Below are positions 54,601 through 64,000 of a stretch of 64,000 nucleotides of DNA, one piece after another; within the stretch, counting starts at the first letter, position 1, and the number at the start of each line of letters is the position of its first letter. Position numbers and translations under genes: made by a program. The stretch spans positions 186,001-250,000 of the forward strand of contig JAANOX010000018.1 of assembly GCA_020184695.1 (NCBI GenBank), written 5' to 3'. The notes under the pieces were generated by a model. It saw only the letters and a list, made by a program, of their open reading frames with translations. It did not search any database and was not told the DNA's origin. Source of the stretch: Histomonas meleagridis 2922-C6/04-290x (Eukaryota > Protista > Parabasalia).

Positions 54601-56594
54601 CCTTTATTATTCTTCATTGTTAATATCGATAATACATTTGTTGTTGATAACAATGATATAAATATCTTTAACAACTCTTTCGACCCATATCTACAGATAG
54701 TATGAATTGGTGTTTCTCCTTTCGAATTAGTTTCGTTTGGCATTAAGTTCGTGTTCGTAATTACATCTTGAAGTCGTTCATAGACATCGATTTTATCCAT
54801 GTAATGGAAAATGGTATTGTTTTCATTATCGCGGATCATTATATTGACATTATACTTTAACAATAACGTAATAATGTTCGATCGACGTAACATGATCGAT
54901 AAATGTAATGGAGTACGGCCTAAGTCATCACCCATGTCAATGAGTTGATGACATTTCATAATCATTTGCGAGACACAGCCTGAACGTGCTTCAAAGATAA
55001 TCGCCATGTGTAATATTGTCCCGCCGTGTAATACTCCGTCCGTCTTGTTGATGTATAACTCCATTGACTCCGCTTTACACGCACGTATAAATTGTGGGCC
55101 ATATAACGAAAGTTGTGGACACTTGATGGACATGTTGGCAATTTGTTTGTAATCTGGTAAATCTAAGCTTTTGACGTTGTTTTTGCTGATGTCTGTGATA
55201 CGTTCAATGTTAATTGTGCATTTGGTTAATGCTATTGATTCAGTAAGTGATAACATGCTTGAGAGTTCTAACGCTAATGCAAAGGCAACAGGAGTGATGC
55301 CAAATGATGTAATAATGTCAACTTTACACCCATTTGATAATAAGATTTGTATCGCATTATTGTCATGAACTAAAATGGCATAAAATAATGGAGTAAGACC
55401 TCGATTGTCAATGGCATCGATGGTTTCTGGCGTTACTAATGACGTTAATAATGTTTGTGAACCTGATAATGCTGCATAATGAAGAGCTATTGCTCCATCG
55501 GAATCTTTTTGTAACAAATCAGGCTTTTGTTCTAATAGCTGTTCAGCTAATGTAAATAATTTTCGCTTAATTAAACGAATTAGTAATGAATCTCCATCAT
55601 CAGCAACTAACGATGGTGATAATGGAGAACTTAAAAGTATTTTCGCAATTTCAATACGTTTTAAGTCAGCTGCTAAAAATGTTGCCTTGGAGCATAAGTC
55701 TGGTGTGCACTTTGGGATAAGAATCGTAACGGTTTCGGTTGAGTCGGCTATGACAGCAAGCTCAAGAGCCGATAAACCGTCGGCATTCAATGTGCCGATA
55801 GAGGCGCCTGATTCAAGCAGACATTGACAAATTGAATAGTTGCCGATTCCTGCAGCAATGTGAAGTGGAGTGGACTTACGATATGGTGATGGTGCATCTA
55901 TGTCAAGATCAGGATTAGAAAAAAGGTGATAAGTAATGGCTTGTAAATTGTTTGTTTTGACAGCTGTATGAAAAGAAGGTAATGCATTATAATCTTCAAG
56001 TAATTTAACAATTTTTGCATGATGAAAATGAATAGCAAGATCAAGAGGTGAATAAAACTTTAATTGATTGGAAAATGTTTCTTGTGATGATTCCATTTCA
56101 TAAATGAGTTGCGATAAATCTGTGAGATTTTCAATCAGCAGATACCGGAAAGCTTCATAGCTTCCACGGTAAATGGCAAAATGAATTGGAGCCCAATTTT
56201 TAAATGAAGAATCACGAATAAGAACATGATTCTCCTTTAAAATTTGAAGCATTGTCACATCATTTAGCTCAGCTGCAATGTGGGCTGGCGTAATATGTTG
56301 ATAATTAAAAAAATGATGTGTTGGAAATAAACTTATCAGATATTTTGCTGCATTGTATGCACGAGCTGCTGCAGCATAATGCAGTGTGGTGTTTCCTTGA
56401 TAATCTGTTATTAATAAAGAATCCTCACCTGCATCTTCATTTGTCTGCTTTAAATGACTCTCTTGATCTGTTGCAGCCCAAAAATGGGTTATAATTGCGC
56501 CAAGCCCTTTTATGTGTGATGTATCAGTGACTTTGAAGAATGGAAGCGCTACAACATTATTTTGGGTCATTTTTATGTCACTTTCCAATGCCAC
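51669..56594 (-). CDS. Ankyrin-repeat gene (1203 aa if uninterrupted) split by a mariner into ORFs 54324-56594 and 51669-52973
   Basis: Removing 53015-54326 plus one TA gives ...DVNSRTTNGL-LPIHYAAIKNDID-MCLLLFDN..., an intact ankyrin repeat in frame with the 434-aa ORF. Confidence 0.9.
53015..54326 (+). mobile_element. Tc1/mariner DD34D DNA transposon, 1312 bp, full length
   Basis: 35-bp TIRs (53015-53049 and 54292-54326; TAGGGTGTTCAAAAAGTC[C/A]TGACCCCCCCTCCTAT, 1 mismatch) and TA duplication (53013-14, 54327-28). The transposase starts at ATG 53222 with WVPHDL, TGDESW, HMDN, YSPDISPCD (34 residues between D2 and D3) and carries two +1 homopolymer frameshifts. Confidence 0.97.
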
Positions 56595-57070
56595 TTTTTT
56601 TATAAGGTAATAAATAAAAAGATTAAGTAAAGTACTGATTTCATCTAAAAAGTTGTATCGTTACTCAATCACCACAAAAAAGAATAAACCAAACAATTTT
56701 TGTAAATTTAATGGAAAATTCTGAAACGATTGGTTTGATTCAATTGAATTTTTTTTGTCAACGGTTTATCTGGTGAAATACTGCAAACAATTTCAAGAAT
56801 GCTCTTAATGGAAAAAATTATTTGAAATGTCTTTTTGATCATGTTTCTTCTATGCTCACTAATTATTTATGTTATGCATGAATTAGAATTGTGTAATAAT
56901 AAAAAATTAATGTTTCATGAACATGTTTCTGATGTAAATTAGGAATATCTCTTTTTATATCATCAAAATAAATTTATAAAAATGATATATGATCTCTATT
57001 TATATTAAAAAAAAAATAAAAGATTTCTTCAAAGGAATTGAAATACATCAAATAGTTTTATTACATATTT

Positions 57071-57676
57071 CTAACAGCATCCGCTTTGTTTATGTTCACT
57101 TTTCTCTTCATATTCAGGCCTTAGCACACTATTAACTTGTGGAATTGTTTTTATAATTGATTCGAAAAGAGCATCGACAAGCGCATTATATAATTCTTTA
57201 ATGTTATTGCCTGTCTTTGCTGATGTTTCAAAATATTTTGCATTGTAAGTATTTGCCCATTTTTCTATTTCTGAATTATCAACATCTCTTTCTTCAACCA
57301 AATCCGATTTGTTACCAACTAGGAAAAAAATAGCATTGTTACTACCAGATTCTTGATATGATTTAAGCCATGAATCAAGATTTTTAAAACTTTTTTTGTT
57401 TGTTATATCAAAAACAAAGAATACAGCAGAAGCGCCTCTATAATAAACAGATCCAAGACTTTTATATTGCTCTTGTCCAGCTGTATCACAAATTTGTATT
57501 TCTATTTTTTGGCCATCACGCTCTTCAATAAATGAATCAATTGCTGCGCCAATAGTGGTGGTTTGGTTCGAATCAAAAAAATCCTTGAGAAAGCGGTTAG
57601 CAATGCATGTCTTCCCAACTGATGAATCTCCAATTGTAACTACGCGGAATGTTACTTTGTCATCATCGACTAACAT
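57071..57676 (-). CDS. Rab family small GTPase
   Basis: GDSSVGKT, TTIG, DTAGQE, GNKSDL, ETSAK, C-terminal GCC prenylation motif. Confidence 0.95.
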   Translation of the reverse strand: MLVDDDKVTFRVVTIGDSSVGKTCIANRFLKDFFDSNQTTTIGAAIDSFIEERDGQKIEIQICDTAGQEQYKSLGSVYYRGASAVFFVFDITNKKSFKNLDSWLKSYQESGSNNAIFFLVGNKSDLVEERDVDNSEIEKWANTYNAKYFETSAKTGNNIKELYNALVDALFESIIKTIPQVNSVLRPEYEEKSEHKQSGCC

Positions 57677-58200
57677 TTTGATTCAAAATTTTTGACTTTT
57701 TTGATCGGCAATCAATTCAAATCAAATTTATTTCAATACTGTCATTAAGCAAATATTTTTAAGCTTATTTTTTCTCTTTTATTTTATTTACAAAGCAAGA
57801 TATTTTCATTTTAGCTTGAACAATTCAACTTCATGAATATTTATACAAATTTGAATTGATATACCGTTATTAATATTTCCCCATGAGACCAAAGGAGCTT
57901 TGCGACTGGGAAACACTTCTATCAATAAATCAAGCAATTTTTAGTATGAATGAGAAAATTTCCCTAGATTTTTAGGTTTAATAATCAACAAATTTGGTGA
58001 AATTCATACTTTATCTCATGATTTAATTATTATTCAAATGATATTATTTATTTGTAATTAGATATAATAATATAGATTTATTTTTGAATATTATAAAAGA
58101 AATAAGAGCATTTGAAGATAGTAATAAAATCAAATCTATTATATATGATGTATTTGGGAGAATTCTTAATAATAAACATACACATGAATCAGTTTAATCA

Positions 58201-58390
58201 ATATTTGGTAATTATTTAAATTATTTGATACAGCACTTATACAAGAATCCAAAAAAGGTTATATAGAAATAGTTAAATTACTTCTTCAACATAAAGGAAT
58301 TAATATTTTCCAAAAAAAATCCTAAAGGAAAATCTGCATTCACGCGTGCATTAGAAAATATTGATATTAATGCTAAAAAATATATTTGTG
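58201..58390 (+). pseudogene. Ankyrin-repeat fragment of the spacer-bearing family
   Basis: Spacer 3' end (GGT-AATTATTTAAATTATTT), then DTALIQESKKGYIEIVKLLLQHKGINIF, then degraded sequence. Confidence 0.75.
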
Positions 58391-59105
58391 GAACAAAGGA
58401 CTACTGAACACGAGTTTGAAGAACATCGCAATTCGATTGACAAAGCAAGACCAGTGATTAGCAATGTACAATAGATCTAATTAATTATTGAGCAATAATC
58501 GAAGCCCACGTTGGAACGTTATACACATTTAAAGTTGTATCATATAATAGTGAAGGCAAAGAAATCGTTAATTAACGATGTTAATGTTACTACGGGAATC
58601 AAATATTATAAATATCAAATTAACATAAATTCTAAATGTTATGTAGAAACTTTGGAAACATAGCGAATAATAATACTATTAAATTTACTACAGAAGATAT
58701 TGTCTATCATAAATATCTTCATGTTGCTCCAGTTGACAAAGCAGACAACTTATAAAAAATATTTAGTGTTCGATTAAATTTCTCTACTAATACATTTTAT
58801 AGAATAGGTTTTAAGAATTTCGTTTCTTCAAATTTAATTATTTCGTATTTATATCCCAAAATAACTGCAATCTTTCATATCCTGCATAATATGTATCATT
58901 TTAATGAAAGTTTTCCATGTAATTTATCAATGAATTGCAGCAAAAATATTCTTAAAAATCCACAAAAGATATTTTATACATTAATTACTTCTATATATTC
59001 AAACATAACTTTGTTCGTATTTATATTTTTTGTTTTTACTTTCTTTTCCAAAATTTATTTTAATCAGAAAATCATTCATCAAAAAACGAAGTTATTCTGA
59101 TTTTA

Positions 59106-60671
59106 ATGATTATATTTTTTGTTAATACAAAGCAATCATATGACGAAGAGACAAAAACACTCACAATATCTGATTCCAATGATTTTTCAAATGATTATAT
59201 GAATGTTACTGAGCACGTTATAATTATTAATATTGGCGAGCTTGAAAGTAATGCATTCAGAGAATGGCCTTTATTAACAACAGTAATAATTGAAGAAACA
59301 GTTGGAAATATAAATAGTGGAGCATTTGCATCATGTAAACAATTAGAATATGTCCAATTTCCAGATAAATTCATGAGTGGAATTGGAGGTGGTGCATTTG
59401 CAGAATGTATTTCATTAAATAACATTACAATTCGTTGTAATAGCATCAGTGGTAAAGCATTTTATAAATGTACAGGACTTGAAACAATAACATTAGTTGT
59501 AGGCGTACGAAGTATTGGCTCAGATGCATTCAGAGGGTGTATAAACCTTGTGAATATTTATATACCAAGTTCAGTTACTTCGATTGGGAATCCATTTTTA
59601 GAATGTACGAAACTTCAATTTATTAATGTTTCAGAAGAAAATATTGGATATTCGAATTATGAAAATGATGGGGTTTTATATAATAATGAAATTACACAAA
59701 TTATTAGTTATCCGAATATGAAAAGTAAAACATTTACTATTCCTACTTCAGTCATTTCTATTATGAATTATGCTTTTGCAAGTTGTAATAATTTAGAAAG
59801 AATTTTTATTGATGAAAATGTTCAATATATTAATTCATGTGCATTTGTTAATTGTACATCACTTCAATGTATTCATTTTAATGGAGAAACTTCACCAGAA
59901 ATATAAAATGATGCATTTGTTAACATAAATGCGACAACATTTATGACATTAGAAACATATCAAAATGAAACATTTGGAAATATGAATATTACTAAGGGAA
60001 CAACACTTGACGAATGTCTCCCGCCAACACGCACATTCACTGACTCAAATCCATTTACAAAATTAAATACATTTACAATTAGTAATACATTTATCAAATC
60101 GAATACATTTACGAAATCAAAAAATAACTTTGATTCGAATACTTATGTTGATACATTTTCAATGAATTTTACTTTCGTTAACACTTATACTTTAACTTAT
60201 TCTTTATCGTTTATAAAAACTTTATCAATTTATGATTATATGTTCATAAAATCTTATTCAGTTACTTTCATTGAATCTGAAACTAAATATATTTATAGCG
60301 ATTTCATATATTATAATTATACAATTATATATTATCCAGAATATTTTACTTATTATTCGAATTTCTTTTATATTTCTTATATCGAAGATGTAATAATAAA
60401 CACTGATGATAATAATACATTAATTATCATTATAATTGTTATTGTAATTGTAATAATTATTGTATTTATAATGATAATAATAATATTTATGATTAAATAT
60501 CAAAATAAGAAGCGGAAACAAAATGAAGAAAAAATGAATGTTTCAGATGAAAATAATAATAATATTAATGAAATCGATAATACATTTTCAGTTGGTATTA
60601 ATAATTCAAATATTGAAGAAGATCCATTTGCAGACGATTTCAAAGAAGAAAAATTTATCAGTCAGATATAA
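59106..60671 (+). pseudogene. BspA-like (TpLRR) surface protein with one in-frame TAA at 59904-59906
   Basis: LRR_5-type repeats (IGSDAFRGCINLVNIYIPSSVTSIG), xTFT repeats, TM helix, acidic tail EEDPFADDF. The two listed ORFs are in the same frame, separated only by TAA + 12 codons. Confidence 0.8.
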
Positions 60672-61319
60672 ATAAACATATTTTAAGTACATAATATTTT
60701 AATTTGTTTATTAATTTCATAAATACAAACATTTTTGTTATTTAGAAAATTTTATGTTTCTTCTATTATATGATTATTAGAATAAATCCAATTTATCCAA
60801 ATCATAAACACTAAAAGTAAATGATAAATTATATTAAAGAAAAAATTGGAAATTTAGAGATATTGTGGTAAAAACGCATTCTTTTTTCAAAAATCAAAAG
60901 AAAGATATTTCAATTTCAAATAAGTGTTCGTCTTGAGTAGTTCTTCTTTTATTTGTGATAAATTAAGTTTGAACAAAAAGTAAATTATTATGAAAATAAC
61001 AAATATATCGTTAATTCATTGTATATAATCAATGCATTTTTTAACATAATGAAGTATAAAATCATTATGTAAAAGTTTATCATAATTTTCTTGTTGTTTT
61101 CCTAAAATAATGAGCGTTCATCAGTCAAACAATGTATAAAATAAAAAAAGTTTTTAGTATAGACCATGGTCAGCTGGATGTATGAAAGCTTACAATTTTA
61201 ATTCATCATATTATCAATGCATGATGAGCTATTGGATGTTGCTTTATAATTTTTTTTCTTGATATATTTAAAATATTTTAACATATATTAAAGATTTGCA
61301 AATACTTTGCTTCAAACAA

Positions 61320-61600
61320 TCATATTAATTCTAAACTTTTAAAAACTTTATTGTAGTTATGCAATAAAAACATTAAATTATTTTCATCATAATAATCTTT
61401 TTCATATGGATCTTCTTCAATAGTTGATAATTCTATAACATTTTCTGTGTTAATATTGATAGCATTTTCGTTTGAATTTTCTTGATTGCTTATAATAATA
61501 TATCGTTTAGCGTGATGATGACGAATTAAAAAGATTATAAGAAGCGAAATGATTAACATAATTATAACACAAATTACAATAACAATGACAAAAATTTCTT
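61320..61600 (-). pseudogene. C-terminal remnant (TM + EEDPY tail) of a BspA-like/surface protein
   Basis: FVIVVICVIIMLIISLLIIFLIR...EEDPYEKDYY resembles the tail of the 59-60 kb gene; no intact upstream part. Confidence 0.55.
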
Positions 61601-62355
61601 GCTTTCCTTATTTTTTCAATTCTTTATCTTCATTATTAATAAATGCAATTATTAATGTATTTTCATGTGTCCTTTAGGAATACATAAAAAAGCACTTCTT
61701 TAAGTAAGTAAAAATCCTTTGATTAATATTTGAAATTTAAAAAATTAATATTTTCTTTAAAATTTTTTATAACTCGATATCTTATTCTTCAACGTATTTT
61801 CCATTTATTCATTGTTTTTCATATTACTGAAAATACTGTTAGAACTATAATTAATATCTCACCAACATGAACATATATGTCAACAGCTATTCAAATAGTG
61901 TTATCATCGATTTCAATTTTACTTGTATCTAAGTTATCGTGAGACAAAGGAAAATTGGAAGTTTTATAATTAATGAATCATAATAAGAAATCTGTGTATC
62001 TACATGTGTATATTCTTCATTAATCATAGATAGTATTATTGTATTTGTAAGTGAAAATGGCCCACTAATGGGTACTATATTAATGTCAAATCAAATTGTA
62101 ACAATGGCTTGCATGTATTTGATCGAGAAAATGCATTTGATTGACTGAATGAATGAAAATGTATTTGATGTAAGTCGTAAAACTACGCATTTATACATAT
62201 GAAAGAACAATTGATTTTAAATAAAGTTTTACTTACACATAAAATTAATATTAATTTTGATATTCATCTTCATTTCTATAAGATTCCACTCGTTGAAATG
62301 ACTTTAATGTTCTTGATCTTGTACTTACCACGTCGGATAGCAACTGTAATTCATT

Positions 62356-62550
62356 TTAATTCGCTCTATCCGCAGCCACCAGAAACTCGTTAACGAAATC
62401 CACGAAAGCGTTTTTCGAAGGCAACGAATTTTTCATTGTTATAACAATTTTTTTTGAGAATTCATCGTCAGCCATTTTATCTGCGATAGCTCCGAAAATT
62501 GCCTCTTCGAAAGGAACCTGTTTTTTATTCATTTTACATAGCATTTGCAT
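62356..62550 (-). CDS. Short hypothetical ORF or gene fragment (64 aa)
   Basis: GC-richer, coding-like composition; its ATG abuts an ankyrin-family remnant on the opposite strand. Confidence 0.35.
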   Translation of the reverse strand: MQMLCKMNKKQVPFEEAIFGAIADKMADDEFSKKIVITMKNSLPSKNAFVDFVNEFLVAADRAN

Positions 62551-63258
62551 GTGGAAATGAAGAAATCATTCATTTATGTGAACAAAATCATTCATCATTT
62601 AAAAAAGCGCTTTTTTAAAGCGAAAATAAACACGAACTTTAGGCATGCCTAAAACTAACAAACGTAATACAACAAAATCTCCTTCTTCTAAGAGAAATAG
62701 TAAAGTTAATGAAACTAAAACTAGTTATATAAAATTACTTATATATTTATGAAATAGAAAAATTGTATGGATTTGAATATAATATTATTCGACGTTTTGT
62801 TCATTGGGGTGGAAATTTTATTACTTTTTCATCTGATAAAGTACAAAAAGACATCAATAGTTTGGGATCTTTGTGTATTACAAATGGAAGTTACGAGATT
62901 TTTTCATTTTTAGAAAACTCTTTAGATCTAAAGGAAATTAATAAGGATTTGATTGATAAAGCTGCTAAAATTGGGAACCTATATCTTGTTAAATATTTTC
63001 TGCAAAAGAATTAAATTCCAAAAGATATTTTGTTTAAATCTATAAAATAAAAAATATTGAACTTGTTAAATATATTTTAGAACAAAATGTAATTGATATT
63101 AATGATAAAGATATTTATTTGTTGTATTAGCTATTTGTATTAATGATTTTTGGTTTTAATATAAAATTTGGAAAATATTTAAATTTTTTAAAACAGCATT
63201 TATGAATGTATCTAGAAGTGGTAATATTAAATTAGTTAAATTGCTTCTTGAACTAAGC
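62551..63258 (+). pseudogene. Degraded paralog of the 8402-11643 ankyrin gene, including one 77-nt spacer
   Basis: GNEEIIHLCEQNHSSFK (identical peptide), ...KAAKIGNLYLVKYFLQKN*IPKD..., ELVKYILEQNVIDINDKD, spacer 63113-63189, KTAFMNVSRSGNIKLVKLLLE. Confidence 0.85.
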
Positions 63259-64000
63259 TTTTTTTGTGTTTTGACTTGAATGATTGGAAAATTTTATGCT
63301 TTATGAAAAGTGACATTTTTGGGGGTATCCTGGAGAATATCATCTTTACGGTTATTTTGGCGGGGTTTTAACGGGCGATTTTCTGTTCCCCCAAAACAAG
63401 GGTTGAATTAAATGTATATTAACGTTCCTAGGAACTCGAACAAATATATTGTCAAATAAAAGGTTATTGCAAATGTTTTATATTTTCCTGAGATCAATAG
63501 ATCAATTAATTAAAATATATTCCTAATTATAAAATGAGCAATTTTTGCAAAAGAAGGGTTCTTTGATATAATAGGTTCTGTCTAAAGCCAATCTTAAACC
63601 AAAGTGCCAGATTATTGTTTGAAATTTGGTGGAAATTATGTGAGTTGTTTTGTTAATTAATTTTCATGGATTAATAGTTCAAAAAAGTCTGATGGAAGCT
63701 CATTTTTTTTCAAAATTGAAAAAAAAAACATTGATTTGATCGATTTGATATTTATGATAAATAATATCCATGATATGTGCTTTATATTTCATGTGTTGAA
63801 ATTTCAAAAACTCTAAAAAGATATTTTGATTTTTTCACAAAATCAAAATTTGTCGACAAATTTTGTCTAAGTATGTTAGTTCGCCACCTAATCATGAAGA
63901 AGTTATTTGATTTTGAAAAGTGCCAAAACAAATAAACGGCTGACAGCACACATTAAATTTTAAAAATAGTTATTACTCAGAGATATCGAGCCAAAAATGT

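Noticed and set aside
59904-59906. TAA or TGA stop-codon reassignment in the host
   Set aside because: Clear genes end in TAA (H4, nucleoporin, DRC7, C2 protein), and the in-frame stops are confined to decayed-looking genes.
63317-63396. Short inverted repeat TTTTGGGGG...CCCCCAAAA as a TE end or hairpin RNA
   Set aside because: Only 9 bp, with no partner terminus, TSD or ORF in the window.

Overview
AT-rich, gene-dense, almost intron-free eukaryotic DNA. By inference it comes from a parabasalid (Tritrichomonas/Trichomonas-like): it has a BspA-like LRR gene, DUF3447-type ankyrin genes, TCAYT Inr elements just upstream of ATGs, and TAAA signals overlapping stop codons. Host genes: DRC7-like (partial), Nup155/170-like, VPS9-domain, coiled-coil+ARM (MEILB2/HSF2BP-like), eIF2-alpha kinase, histone H4, CARMIL-like LRR gene with a predicted 23-nt GT-AG intron, a 3306-aa protein with about 24 C2 domains, a CAMK-group kinase, a membrane-anchored GH5, TPR/ARM, BEACH, CDC50, RasGAP+VPS9-like, tetraspanin, ankyrin, Rab and BspA. 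Mobile DNA: a complete 1312-bp DD34D mariner that splits one 1203-aa gene, a decayed MULE transposase, and a perfect 475-bp (TAT)n tract flanked by an 8-bp direct repeat. The most unusual feature is an ankyrin gene at 8402-11643 (-). Each of its 12 downstream ankyrin repeats is preceded by an AT-rich spacer with no AG acceptor, and 9 of the 12 spacers are exactly 77 nt. The same 77-nt spacer recurs in a diverged paralog remnant at 63113-63189. This points to an unrecognised non-canonical intron or excision system. All family assignments come from motif recognition by eye; no database searches were run.
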